A stretch of 63,618 nt of DNA, filler included, from Peribolospora baueri (taxonomy: Eukaryota), in NCBI GenBank assembly GCA_029717555.1. It is 4 parts of 4 records of this genome, joined end to end, with 100 filler letters (N's around TTAATTAATTAA, not from the genome) between each part and the next. Parts side by side here need not be neighbours in the genome. Positions count along the whole stretch, not along the records: positions 1 to 21,315 come from JAMDHS010000158.1; 3 more parts are not named here. The stretch is one strand, 5' to 3'. Below, piece after piece: positions 1-13,600 of the stretch (position 1 is its first letter; each line of letters begins with the position of its first letter). The position numbers were made by a program, and so were the translations under genes. The notes under the pieces are model-generated. The model saw nothing but the letters and a program-made list of their open reading frames with translations, was not told the DNA's origin and did not search any database.

Positions 1-604
1 GATATCTTACATTACATTGTGATTTTTCTATGCACTTAGAATCTAAAATATGGAAAGAAGAATATTATCAAAAGTTAAGGCATAGTTTCTCATTTTCAAG
101 AAATATTAAAGAAATTAAACTACTTGATTCTTGTGGCTGGGCGGCGCTTATGCAGGTCCCCCTCGGCGGCCGCATACTCACTCCACCTGTTCCCGTACCC
201 GTACCCGTACGTCTCTCTCTGCCTGCTCTCGCGTATCTCGTCCATCTTCATACAACGGTCCGACGGACTATCGAAGGGTCGGGTCGAGTGTGAGCCCGGA
301 GCGGAAGGGGGGCGCGTCGCCGACTGGACTGCGTCAAACGCATGCCCGAACGAAATGGGGCACGAAAAACGAAAACGAAACGGAAGAAGAAAGATGGGAA
401 AATCGCCCGGTCTGAACTGATCGTACAACAAGAGGCGAAGGACTGGATTGGATTGGATGGATGGACGGACGAAGGCACGGGCTCGGTCGGTCGACTCGAC
501 TCGGTTCGACTTGAGGAAAGTAGGATCGACCTGATCTGCTGATCGGATCGGATCGCCTCGATGCGCTTTTGGGAAGATGAGAAAGGAGGGTGGGTAGTGT
601 GGCG

Positions 605-710
605 GGGTAGGGTAGGGTAGGGTAGGGAAGGCAAGACAAGGCGAGGGGAGGAAGGAGGGAAGGAAGGAAGGAAGGAAGGAAGGGGAAGGAAGGAAGGAAG
701 GAAGGAAGGA
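605..710. repeat. Microsatellite block (GGGTA)4 and (GGAA)n
   Basis: Directly visible tandem repeats downstream of ICE2. Confidence 0.9.
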
Positions 711-1116
711 TGGTGGATGGGATAGAAAAAGGTAGCGTACGGAAGGTAAGAGTAATTTGCGGAATGTACATGTACATGTATGTACGCTTGCGGAGGGTCC
801 CCGCATGCGTGCGAGCGCGCGCTCCCTCCATCTCGCCTCAGCATGTGCCCCGCGGGGCGGGGGGGGGGCGGGGACAAGAAGGCTCGGCTCGAGTTCTGGC
901 GCCTCGTCCACATGTATGCTCTTCTCTTCGTCTCCGCTTGCCCCACCGCTTTGCAAATCGTCCACGACCGATCTTCGCACCACACACCGTCGTGCCCTGT
1001 CGCGTCGCTCCTTGGCACGGCGGTCCGCTTCCACTTTTCGTCACGGAGATGCAGGCGTCGTCGAGGGCAAGATAAGGCCGTCGCCGAGCGATCGCTCGCG
1101 CAGCAGCGCCGCGCGA

Positions 1117-3308
1117 TCAGTCGACCTTCCAGTCTTTGGTCAGGCTGTCCTCTCCCTCCCCGTCCCTGCCCATGAGCAGCTCGACGGCCCAGACGGCGAG
1201 GGTGATGAAGACGTTCATCCATCGCCAATACAGGTGGTGGGACTGATCGAGGACTGCGCGAGTGTGAGAGTGGGAGCCAAGGCGAGAAGAGAAGGATGAG
1301 GAGGCCGGATGCACAAAAAGTCGCGAGAATAAGAACCACGCGGATCAGACTTACGAAGGAGGTGTGTGTAGACGGCGACCAGAATAACTCGAGAGTAAGA
1401 GACGACGATAGATACCGACATGGCGAACTGTCGATGATAGCCGGCGACATCCGCGGGTAGGGCAGTAGACCAAAGTGAGTCGACGCGGCCACGGTCTCGT
1501 GACGTGATAGCTCGGCGACCCTACGGAATCACAAGGACAATGACATGCAAACTCACGGGCTCCTCCTCGCTCAACCTTGGCCCCTGACCATCGTTCTCGT
1601 CCTCATACCACCCCGTGGAAGAGTGAGCCTTCTTGATGGCCGGCAAGATGCGGCTTGCGGCGGATAGGACGGCGATGCGGTAGACGAGGGAGATGAGCAC
1701 GGGCAGAGGGAGGGCCGAACAACTGCGGAGGGTGGAAGGGGTAACGGAGAAAATTTAGTTCCAGACAAGATACTGGAAAGAAGAGAAGAAGACTAGGAAA
1801 AGGCGGGAAGGGGTCACTCACGCGGCATAGATGAGGTCGATGCCCTGACCGAACGTGTGAGTCAAGATGGACAGGATGGTAGACCAGCTGGATGGATCGG
1901 GCACCGGAGACGCGAATCAGTCATGTCCTTTCTCAAAGGTCGCCTAAAGTCGACAAGCCCCCATGTCTGCTCTCCTCCACCCAACCCTTCTGACCAGACG
2001 TCGACTGCGATGAGAATAACAAATTCTCACCTCCGTAGTATCAACGGTGGCAGCGGCGGGCTGGAGCTTTTGAAGCTGCGAATGAGCTGGATGGGGTCAA
2101 GGCCGCCCTCGACGCTCACTCCGAGGAGATAGACGTTCCAACAGACGTAGGCGAGCTATTGTAGACCGAGTGGGATGAGGTGAGTCGAGGGACAAGGAAG
2201 GATGAATCGCAGGGCGAGGAGGCAGACGCACCATCAAGCTCGTCTCCACGACGTTTCCCCGTCCCACGGCAAACGCGATGGCCGTCAAGAAGAGCGTCGC
2301 GGTGACGCTGGCGCCAACGAGCGCAGCGCTAAGCATGCCGCCGCCGGCGGCGTACTCGAAGCTGCCCCACAGAGCGACCGCGCTGGCGACATAGACGGCC
2401 GCTGCGGCAAAGAGAAAGCCGAACTGGTACGCCTCGCCCCTGTGGTTTGCGAACCAGCGGGATATCTGGGCCACGGATTGAATGACGAGCAAGGAGGAAA
2501 CGCCTTCGAGAAGGGCGAAGAGCGGAGAAAGGTAGTAGAGCAGCGTCGCCCACCAGTGCGGGATGCGGATGAGGAGGAAGTGGGCCCACGAGAGGCAAAA
2601 CGAGAGCAGAGCGCTGACTCCTGCGCCTCCCCAGTCGTTCGACGCGCCGCCATTACCGAAAGAGAAAGACCTAGAGCGGAAAGCCCAAGAGTGGGAAGAA
2701 TGGGAGGAAGCGGCATCGTCCGGGCCGTAGAGGTTGAAGCAGACCAGGAGGATGACGGGGATAAGGACGATCTGGAGCACGGCGAAAACTTGAGAGAGGA
2801 GGGCCAGACGGGTATTGCGGGCTAGGAGGTCGAAAGTGGCATGGACAAAGTAATATGTCGCTAGAGCCTGCGAAGGGTCGAAAGAGTGCGAATATGTAGA
2901 AACGATGGCATCGAAATCAGGGTCGGAATGGAAACGACGTCCTTTGCGTGTCCGTACAAGAATAAACTCACCGCGGAAAGAGCGAGGAAGCACTCCTTGC
3001 CGGCGATATCAAGCGCTAGGGGGAGATAGAGGAGGACTTGGGCGAAGGTGCTGAAGCTGGGGATGAACGACAAGGTGGAAAAAAAGAAATAAACAACCTC
3101 GACGCTAACTGAGACTGGCAGGCGTGCCTGTTCCGCCCGCTGTGCAATGGTTGCCCTGGCTCAACAGCAGACATGCCAGACCCTTCCCCCCTCCCATCTC
3201 GCCCTTGGTCCCCTGCAGGCCCTGAGACCAGTGCACTCCAGCTGAGTAGGCGTAAGCAAACACCACTCACCTACTAAACCCGACAATCGCCCTACTGATG
3301 ATGCCCAT
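1117..3308 (-). CDS. ICE2: ER membrane protein Ice2 (multi-exon)
   Basis: Exon 1 MGIISRAIVGFS (ATG 3308, GTGAGT donor) splices to FSTFAQVLLYLPLALDIAGKECFLALSA. The central exon has YYFVHATF...LSPLFALLEGVSSLLVIQ...GRGNVVETSLM. The last exon WRWMNVFITLAVWAVELLMG...DWKVD stops at 1117. Multi-TM pattern and motifs match the ICE2 family from memory; small middle exons not fully resolved. Confidence 0.85.
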
Positions 3309-3900
3309 CTTGTCTGTCTATGACTGGGTCTGGCACGGCGGACGAGGATGCGATCCGGCCCGTTCTCTCCGGTGGCATCCGCGAGCGAGTGACGGACAGA
3401 CGGACAGCTCCGCGTCCTGGCCTGAACTGACGTAACCAGGATGCGCCTACGCCGAGACGGCGCCGGTGCTTTCTCTCTCTCTCGCTCTCGTCACGTCTTC
3501 GCCTCGCCTCGCCTCGCCTAGCGGCGACGGCAGCGGCTCGCTCCGTTAGGGCTCTACCGCGAGATGGACGTCGCGGGCGGCGTGCGCGTCCGCGTCGAGT
3601 GCGAGTGGTGAATGGAAGGAGAGATGGGGGACGGTTGTGGAGAGAGGGACGCGAGTTGTGGGGGCGAAGGAGTACTGGTCGTAGGGTGAGCGGGTGGGGG
3701 GTGGGAGGGTGGATGAGGAGCAGGTGTGGGAACTAGCCGGGGCGAACAAGGACGATGATGATGATCGTCGTCGTGCTCGTGGCGGCCGGTCTTCAGCGGT
3801 AGCTCGCTGGTGTACTTAGGGGACGTGTGTCAATGAATGAGTTGGTAGTGCCAGTGTAGTCAAGCTGGTCGAACCGCTGATTATACTTTTTGCATGTCAC

Positions 3901-3976
3901 GTGGCTCTTTCCGCTCAGCCAGCAAAGCACCGACATTCTAATCCGAAGGTTGCGGGTTCGAGCCCCGGGTAGCACA
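3901..3976 (+). pseudogene. Degenerate tRNA-like element, tRNA-Arg(TCT)-like, with intact B box
   Basis: ...TTCTAATCCGAAGGTTGCGGGTTCGAGCCCCG... has a tRNA-type T-arm with B box GGTTCGAGCCC (3955-3965) and a TCT anticodon-loop-like TTCTAA. Acceptor and anticodon stems have several mismatches. Confidence 0.5.
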
Positions 3977-4660
3977 GCGCCCTCTTGCTCGTCGTACCCT
4001 CGCTCGTCCGTCGCTTCAGCAGCAATCCTTCCAGCATATTCTGATCCTTCTTTCGTTTTGGCCCCAGCACGCGCCGCTCTTCCTCGCCAGCCTTCAAGGC
4101 GCGCTAGCATAACACAGCCCTTGGCAGCCCTTGAAAGCGCTCAGGGCGCTTCCTTGTGAAGGCGCCAACACCACGTCGCCACGTGCGTCCCACGTGGCGT
4201 CGGCGGGTTCACGCGTCGTACAGGGGCGAAGCGACGAAATTGGAGGTGACGACGACGGCGACGACGCGACGACGACGAGGCCGCCGCTCCTTCTACTTCC
4301 AACAACCGACTCGCGACCTTCCGCGTCCGACTATTTGCTCTTGCGACTTGCGCTAATTCTCGCAGCGTTCGAAGAGCAAGCAAGCGAGAAGCGCGAGTCG
4401 TCCAAGCCTCTGCGACGCGGACGTAGGTCGCCGGCTCGTTCTCTTTCGTTCCTCCTCGCGCGCAAGCATCGTTACCTAGCGCTCGATAGCCTACCCTCTG
4501 CACACATACATACGTCCCACCCTTTCAAGGCCTATACCAAACAAGTTTACTTCGTCACCGCGACCGCCGTTCTCTGCGTAACCGGCTCGTCGGCTACCGG
4601 ACGGCCAGGTATTCGTTCATACCCTCGACAGCAGCGCCGGCGCCATCCACAACACTGGCC

Positions 4661-7600
4661 ATGGCTGCCGTCGAGCGATCGGGCATGACGCCCTCCCACT
4701 CCACTGGCTCCGTTGACAGCGCCATGGGGTCCTCTCCCGGCTCCGCCGCCTCGCCGGGCGAGATCTACGACCCCAACCTCGTCCGCTCCTATCTTTACAG
4801 TCTCCTCCCCGTCCTCATGGGCGCCTCGCCTTCCTCGCTCGACCGGAGCATGTTCAGCAGGGGTGGCGGTTGGAAGGAGCTTGTCAGCAAGTTTGCCGGC
4901 GGTGAGGGCGGCGCCATGACGCTTTTCGTTGACAAGGTCAGGAGAGAGGGCGTGGAGGAGGAAGCGGTGGACGAAGAGGGTGAGTGGCGAACGGGCGGTT
5001 CTCGAGGCCCGCATAGATGGAACCCTTTTATGCTTTTTCGAGGTTCTTATCGCTGAGTTCGGCTTTGGCTTCTGTGCCGTCGTCGCTTCCGTTCTTCTTG
5101 CACAGACCTTTATGACTATTCCCTTTCCCTCAGTCCTTCCTACACGCCCCTTCACGTCTCGTCTCTTGCCTTCATCAAGCGAGTACCCACGCTTGAGCCC
5201 TCCCTTCCCCTTCCCCCGCAGCTCCATCTGCTCAGCCTCTTTGGTCCTGCCGGTTCCTCCGCGCCTGCCCCGCCCGGGCCAGGCGCCAGTGCCGAAGTCT
5301 CGTCGTCCAACAAGGAGACGCCCGGTGAACGAGACGGACCGGTCACCACTGTCGCCGTCCGTGAGAACCCATATGAGGCGCTCCACAGCCTTGTCCACAA
5401 CGTCGTGTCGCCTTGGTTCGACGCCTATGTCGACAGTAGGGGCGGGGGTCTTAGGGAAAAAGGGGAAAGCAAGGGTGCCAAGGCCAAAGACCAGGACGCT
5501 AAGATGGGTGAGTACGAGCTGTGCACGAGACGAGCTTACGGATGAGGGAATGAGAGCTGGTGACGCTGAAGCTCCTTTTGACATTTCTTGGTCATGCTCA
5601 TAGGCATCCCCATGACTAAGCGCAAGTTCGCAGAACTCGAGCTCTCCCTCCTTCACCTCCAGCAGAACGTCGAGATCCCTGATATCCACCTCACTATCCA
5701 CCCCGTCATCCGGGCCACCGTAGAGAGATGCCGCGAGGCCGGCACGCGCGCTACTCCCGACGAGCTCGAGCCTCCGTCTCTCCTCGGCGACTCTAGCTTT
5801 CTCAACAAGCTCCAAAGCGATGTGAACAGTTGGATTAAAGAGATTCAGAATGTCACCAAGCTCAGCAGGGATGTTGCCAGTGGCACAGCTAGTCAGGAGG
5901 TCAACTTCTGGTTGAGCATGGAAAGGGCGTTAGAAGGCATCGAAGAACAGCTCCGGAGCGAGCCGATCGGTGAGTGGCTGCCGTCCTCCATATCCACCGT
6001 TATTCGCTTGAGCTCGGCCGCTGATCCTGTCACCAACTCGCCTATGTTGTCAGTGCTCACGCTCGACATTCTCAAGCATGCGAAGCGCTTCCACGCTACC
6101 GTCTCCTTCATCGCTGACACGGGTCTCAAGGAGAGCACGGACAAGGTGCACAAGTACAACCAGTTGATGAAGGACTTCCCGCTCAACGACCTCCTCTCCG
6201 CGACGGACCTCGAAAAGATCCAAGAGGCAGTGTGGGCCATCTTCGAGCACATCAACAAAAAGCTGAAACTGAGCCCTTACCCCATCCGCCGCGCTCTACC
6301 CCTCGTCGAAGCCATCTCGCGCGACCTCAACGACCAGCTGCTTAAGGTGCTTGGCTCACAGCGGATTATGTACCTCGAGTACGCCCAATTTGAGCGCGTC
6401 ATGGTCCAAGCGGCGGAGGTGTTCGCCACCTGGGATGACATGATCAAAGGCTTCACCAACGTAGCCCGCGAGGTCACTAGGAAGAGGCAGGAAAAGTTCC
6501 TTCCCGTGCGCATCTCTCCCGCCCACGCGCACCTTATGGAGCGCATCGTCTACCTCCGTCAGTGGCGCAAGCAGCACCAGCAGCTCGTCGTAATGACCTC
6601 CTCCCTCAACAAAGGCCTCCTCGGCTCATCCGCCAACGCCGCGGCGGCGGCGGCGACGGGGGAGAACGAGGACGAGAACCAGCTGGCGACGCAGAAGGCC
6701 ACTTTCATTCTCGACATCGACATGGCTGAGGAGATCAGCGCGGCGTACGAGAACGTTAAATCTATCGACGCCCTCGACGTTTCTCCAGATGGGACGCAGC
6801 TCTTCCTCCAGGCGGAGACCGCTTACAACGAGCGCGTCTCCCGCGTCGAGGGCTCCTTGATCGCCGTGCTAAGAGAGAAGCTGGGCGCGGCGAGGAACGC
6901 GAAACAGATGTTCACCGTGTTGAGCAGATTCAATGCCCTGTTCGTCAGGCCCAAGGTCAGTTCTGGGGTTCCCTCTCGCTCTGTCTTCGTTGTTGCCACC
7001 ACATTTCCTTTCGTTGTGCTGACATTTCATATTTCCTGTCGCTTTTCGCTGCTGCTTAGATTCGCGGCGCCATCCAAGAATACCAGAGCCAGCTGATCGA
7101 GTCGGTCAAAGACGACATCAAAGCGCTGCATGACAAGTTCAAGGAGCAGTACAAGGGGTCCGAGAGTAAGGATTGCTGAAGCGGTCGTCAAGGCGCTCTC
7201 GATGGGCCATTATGATTTTTGTGGATGGCTTCGCTTATGTCTCGTTCCTCTCACCGTCGTTCTCCCAGCCAATCACATGGCCAACGTGCGTGACCTGCCC
7301 GACGTTGCCGGCACCATCGTTTGGGCCAAACAGATCGAGCGCCAGTTGGCATCGTACATGAAGCGCGTCGAGGACGTTCTTGGCAAAGGCTGGGAGCTGT
7401 ATGCCGAAGGGCAGAAGCTCCAATCGGAGAGCAACAGCTTCCGGAAGAAGCTCGACACGCGCCCCATATTCGAGGCTTGGGTGCATGATATCCAACGTCG
7501 CGACCTCAGCGTCTCGGGCCGCATCTTCCAGATCACCCGCAACCGCGCGGCAGGCAACGTGTACCAGCTGGACGTCAAGTTTGACCCACACATCATCGGC

Positions 7601-10600
7601 CTCTTCAAAGAGGTCCGGAACCTTCTCTGGCTTAACTTGCAGGTGCCTCACACGATCAGTAACGTCGCCAAAGATGCCAGAAGGGCGTACCCTCACGCTG
7701 TGAGCCTAATGGAGACCGTGCGGACGTACACCCAGACGGTAAGCAAAGTCAACAAGAACCCTGGCATTCAGATGCTCGTCGCGGAGATCGTGCATGACGT
7801 GCAGCAGATGATCAGTCGCGGTGAGTGGACGCGTAGAGTTTTTGAACGAGATATGCGGGCAGCCCATCACTTGGATGAGGCATAAATCGGATCCCTGACC
7901 GTCTTCCTCGACGCTTCCTGCTCGCGATTCGACAGGCATGAGCTACAAGTGGGAGCAGTTCGTCAACTCGTACGACTCCCACCGCCAGCTGGCTTACTTG
8001 CCCCCATCGGCCCTTGACGGTCGTGAGAGCCGTCAGGCAACGTTCGTGCGCGAGTTTGCGAGCGTCGTTTCGCTCTTCCAGGACAAGGTCCATGACCTCA
8101 TCGAGATGGACAAGGACATCTCGCGCATCATTGAGGAGCTCCACACCTGTTCCTACACCCGCGAAGCCTTCTTTGACCTCCTTGCCGGCGTGCAAAAAAC
8201 GATCGACAGGCTCAACTTGGAGGGGTATCCCAACTTGGATGAGTGGGTCGCTCAGATTGACGCGCGCATTGAGGCCGTCCTCATCGAGCGGTTGAGGCAT
8301 ATCAGTCAAGTCTGGTGCACCGAGTTCTCCAGGGACGAGGAGGCAGACGGCGCCAAGGCGAGCGCGCTGGCGAGGGAGAAGAGAAGGGTTCAAGAGAAGA
8401 AGGGTAAGCACGTCAAGGTGAGCGTGCAGTGCGGAGCGGTGTTGTGTTCGGGAGCTGAGGTCCTGTTACGCTGTGGCTGATCATCACATGTCACTTTCGT
8501 CGGTCCACGACTTTGTCCCGTTTTTAGCGCGACCGCCTTGAGCTCAAGCCTCTCGTCCACGAGATTCGCATCCAGAATCAAGTTATCTATCTCGACCCTC
8601 CCATCGAATATGCTCGCGCGCGCTGGTTCAGACAGCTGCACGATGTTCTTGCCGTTGTTTGCGGTTTGAAGAGGATCCAGAGTTCGCGCTACGAGATCGG
8701 AATGCAGATCCCCGGGGCCATCAAGAAGCAAGAGACGACGTACACTTCGCTGCTCACGCGCTTTAATGATCAGACGCTGGAGCGACCGTTCGCCCTCATC
8801 GAGGGGAAGATCGCTCAAGTGGGCCAGTATGTGGCGAAGTGGCTCCAGTTCCAGTCGTTGTGGGACCTTGAGTCGGAGCATGTCTACGCCCGCCTCGGCG
8901 ACTCGCTCTCCAACTGGCAGCAGCTCTTGTCAGAGATCCGGAAGACGCGCTCGACGTTCGACAATTCGGATACCCAGCGTTCGTTCGGCATTTTCGTCGT
9001 CGACTACGAGCAAGTTCAGAGCAAGGTGAACGCCAAATACGATTCTTGGCAGAGGGACATCCTGAACCGCTTCGGCAGCAAACTCGGCAACGCCATGAAA
9101 GACGTCCACGCCGCCATCAAGAAGGCCCGTTCCGACCTCGAGCACTACACCATTGAGGGCAGCTCGACCGCACAAGCCGTCTCTTTCATCACCTTTGTCC
9201 AAGACCTGAAGCGTAAGACGAAGAAGTGGGCGCCGGAAATGGAGATCTTCGGCTCCGGTCAGAAGACGCTTGAGAGGCAGAGGTACATGTTCCCTCAGGA
9301 CTGGCTTTACGTCGACCAGGTTGAGGGCGAATGGAGCGCTTTCAATGAGATCTTGTCCAGGAAGAACGCTTCGATTCAGGAGCAGTTGGGTGAGTTTCGT
9401 CGACCTCGTTCCACGACTTGTGTGAGCGAGGTTTGGGTAGGCACATATGCTGAGACCAGTCTTCGCTGTCATTTGGCGGGTCGCGTGCTGCAGCCGGCTT
9501 GCAAATGAAGATCATTGCCGAGGACAAGATCGTCGGCGACAAGATCGCGGCCATCGTTGCCGAATGGGAACAGAACAAGCCTATTCAAGGCACCCTCAAG
9601 GCGGATACGGCGATGAACACGATCAACGTCTTCGAAGGCCGCGTCAATAGGCTCGCCGAGGAACGCGATCTCGTCCTGCGCGCTAAGGAGGCTCTCGATC
9701 TCGAGCACGCATACGACGACCGTCTTGACCCTGTCTTCGAGGAGCTGCGCGATCTCAAAGCCGTCTGGACTGCCCTTTCCGGTACCTGGAGCCAGATCGG
9801 CGAGTTGCGTGAGACCAATTGGAACAACGTCCAGCCTCGCAAGTTGCGCCAATCTCTTGACGCTTTACTCAACCAGACCAAGGACATGCCGAGTCGAATG
9901 CGTCAGTATGCGGCCTTCGAGTTCGTACAGGACTCGCTCCGCCAGCTGCTCAAAAACAACCTGCTCGTTGGAGAGCTTAAATCCGAGGCTATGCGCGAAC
10001 GTCATTGGAGGTCCCTATTCAAGCAACTTAAGGTGCAGGGTCATTACACGCCTAGCCAGATGACGCTTGGTACAGTTTGGGATCTCGACCTGAAGGTGAG
10101 AGGTTTTCTTCCTTTTCAGCAGAGTCAGTGCGCATATTCACACCCTTCTTTTCTTCCGGTCCTCTTTTGTCCCGCAGAAACACGAGACGACGATCAAGGC
10201 TGTCATCGTTCAGGCTCAAGGAGAGCTTGCCCTCGAGGAGTACCTTAAGCAGGTCAGGGAGAACTGGACGAACTATACGCTCGATCTGGTCAACTACCAG
10301 AACAAGTGTCGGCTCATTCGAGGCTGGGATAACCTGTTCCAACTCGTGAGTCCAGGGATCAATCGCTTTCTAATCCATGTCTGTGCGAGATCCTCTGCTC
10401 ACCATTTGCATGTCCATGTTGATTAGGCTGGTGACAATCTCAATGCCCTCCGAGCCATGTCCATGTCACCTCACTACAAGGTCTTCGAGGAAGAGGCGTC
10501 GCTTTGGGAAGACCGTCTTTCCAAGATCTCTGTCCTTTTCGACACGTGGATCGACGTTCAGCGTCAATGGGTATATCTCGAGGGCATCTTTTCTGGAAGT

Positions 10601-13600
10601 GCCGAGATTCGACATATCCTTCCTGTGGAGAGGTAAGGGGGCATGCGGGGTGCCGTCACGAGAGGTTTGTGGCGCGTACTCAAGTCCTCAACCTCTGCCT
10701 CCCTATTTTCACGAACCCCACAGCTCTCGTTTCCAGAACATCAACAGCGAGTTCCTGACGGTTATGAAAAAGGTATACAAGTCGCCTTTCGTCCTCGACG
10801 TCCTCAACATCCCCGGCGTACAGAAGAGCCTAGAGCGGCTTGCCGACTTGCTCAGCAAGATCCAGAAGGCGCTCGGCGAGTACCTCGAGCGGGAGCGAGC
10901 GCTTTTCCCCCGCTTTTACTTTGTCGGTGACGAGGACCTGCTTGAGATTATCGGCAACAGCAAGGACATTGTCCGGATTATGAAGCACCTCAAGAAAATG
11001 TTCGCCGGTCTCTCCACGGTGCTGCTTGACGAGGACACGACCAAGATCGAGGGAATGGGCTCTCGTGAGGGAGAAGAGGTTCGCTTCAAGACTCCTATCT
11101 TGCTTAAGGACTACGCCAAGATCAACGACTGGCTCGGCAAGATAGAGTCCGAGATGCGCGTCTCGCTCGCTCAACTCCTTTCTGAGGGTGTGGCTGAGTT
11201 GCAAGAGTTCTACTGCTCTCCCGATCGCTTGCCTGCGGACAAGTTCCTTGACTGGATAGACAAGTACCCCGCTCAGCTTGTCGTTTTGTCCATCCAGGTC
11301 ATCTGGACGACTCTTGTGGACTCGATCCTGGAGGCCGGACAGTCTCTGCAAGGTACCCTGGACATTGTCCTCCGAGGCCTCGACCTTCTTGCCGACACCG
11401 TCTTGACCGACATCAGTCCCTTGAAGCGTCGGAAGTGCGAGCACCTTATCACCGAGCTCGTACACCAACGTGATGCGATCCGAGGCTTGATGAGCAAGGG
11501 CGTGTCTTCGAACAAGGACTTCGAGTGGCTCTACCATATGCGCTTCTATCTGAATCAGTCCGTTCAGGACCCGCTCGACAGGCTGACCGTCCATGTCGCC
11601 AGCGCCACCTTCCCGTATGGCTTCGAGTACTTGGGTGTGCCCGACCGCCTAGTCCAAACCCCACTCACCGACCGCTGTTACCTCACTCTCACACAAGCTC
11701 TGGATGCCAAGCTCGGCGGCGCGCCCTTCGGTCCCGCCGGCACAGGTGAGTCGCCTCTAGTCTGTCCGCCATGGTGGGATCCGTCCGCTAACCCGCCATC
11801 CTGTTCGGGCCCCAGGAAAAACCGAGTCGGTCAAAGCGCTTGGCGTTCAGCTAGGGCGCTTCGTCTTGGTCTTCTGTTGTGACGAGACCTTCGACTTCCA
11901 GGCGATGGGTCGCATTTTCATCGGCTTATGCCGCGTCGGTGCGTGGGGATGCTTCGACGAATTCAACCGACTCGAGGAGCGAATCCTCTCCGCTGTCTCA
12001 CAGCAGGTGCAAAGCATCCAACACGGTCTGGCTGCTACGGTGCACAATCCCAACGCTGAGATCGAGCTGGTAGGGAAAAACCTCAAGATTAACTCTCGCA
12101 CCGGTATCTTCATTACCACCAACCCGACGTACGCCGGTCGTTCCAACTTACCCGACAACCTCAAGAAGCTCTTCCGAAACATGGCCATGACCCATCCTGA
12201 CCGGGAGCTGATCGCACAGGTCATGCTCTTCTCCCAAGGCTTCCGTTCCGCCGAGATTTTGGCAACCAAAATTGTGCCGTTCTTCAACCTCTGCTCGGAA
12301 CAGCTTTCTCCTCAGCCACACTACGACTTTGGTCTCCGTGCCCTCAAAGCAGTGCTTGTCAGCGCTGGTCAACTCAAGCGAGAACGTTTGCAGTTCGTGC
12401 GAGCTGCAGCCGCCGAAGACGGTGTTGTCGTGGACACGGCAAGCAGCGTGTCCGACGCCGTGTCCGAGCAGGAAATCCTCATCCAGAGCGTTACCGAAAC
12501 GATCGTGCCCAAGCTTGTCGCGGATGATGTTCCTCTGCTGACGAGGTGAGTCATTGCACGGCACCGCCGCTGTTAGAGCACCGCCTGACCGGGTCCTCTC
12601 TTTGTCCGCGTCCCCTACACTCAGCTTGCTGTCAGACGTCTTCCCCGGTGTCGAATACAAGCCCGTGGACCTTGACAAGCTAAAGGAGCAGATCGCTGGC
12701 GTTTGCGCCGAGCGTCACTTGGCCGACCAGGGCATGTGGACCGAGAAGGTGTTGCAGCTGTACCAGATCCAGAAAATCTCTCACGGTCTCATGATGGTCG
12801 GCCCATCCGGCACGGGCAAAACTCAGGCCTGGCAGGTCTTGCTTGCTGCGCTTGAGAGACTCGAAGGTGTAGAGGGCGTTTCCTACGTCATCGATCCCAA
12901 GGCTGTTCCTAAAGAAGCGCTTTACGGCACTCTCGACCCGACGACGCGCGAGTGGAACGACGGTCTGTTCACGCATATCCTCCGAAAGATCGTGGACAAC
13001 GTACGTGGCGAGAGCAGCAAGAGGCACTGGATCATCTTTGACGGTGATGTCGATCCCGAATGGGTCGAGAACTTGAACAGGTGAGTAGGCTTCTCCACTT
13101 CCTCATGAGAGTCCACGGGCAGAACGCAAAAGACGTCTCTTCTCTTTCTCTTTACAGCGTGCTCGATGACAACAAGCTCCTCACCCTGCCCAACGGTGAA
13201 CGTTTGAACCTGCCGCCCAACGTGCGCATTATGTTCGAGGTCGAGCACCTCAAGTTTGCCACTCTCGCCACCGTCAGTCGCTGTGGTATGATCTGGTTCA
13301 GCGAGGACGTGATCAGCCCTTCGATGATTTATTCCAACTATCTCGGAAAGCTCAGGGCCGTGCCGCTTGGTGGGGAGGATGACGACGTTCCTTCCGCCGC
13401 CGCGCGCCGCGACACTATGACTGGCGCATCCGACGTGTCGCCCCATCTCGAGACTCAACGCAAGATTGCCGACGCTTTCGAGGAGTTCTTCACCGAAGAC
13501 GGCCTTGTCACCAAGGCACTGGACTTCGCGTCTTCAGTGGAGCACATCATGGACTTCACGGTCGCGCGAGCGCTCAACACGCTCTTCTCTCTTCTCAACA

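Noticed and set aside
120..1492. Long ORFs 120-1034 and 248-1492 (-) as genes
   Set aside because: They read through stop-free microsatellites (PSFL/PYPT repeats) and overlap ICE2 3' exons; no recognisable domain.
3848..3976. Functional intron-containing tRNA-Ile(TAT)
   Set aside because: Acceptor, D and anticodon stems do not pair adequately, and a T5 terminator would lie inside the supposed intron.
4547..5815. 422-aa antisense ORF and similar shadow ORFs over dynein, GLO2, catalase, BEM3 and GNAT
   Set aside because: Expected by-product of GC-rich codon usage on the opposite strand; no motifs.
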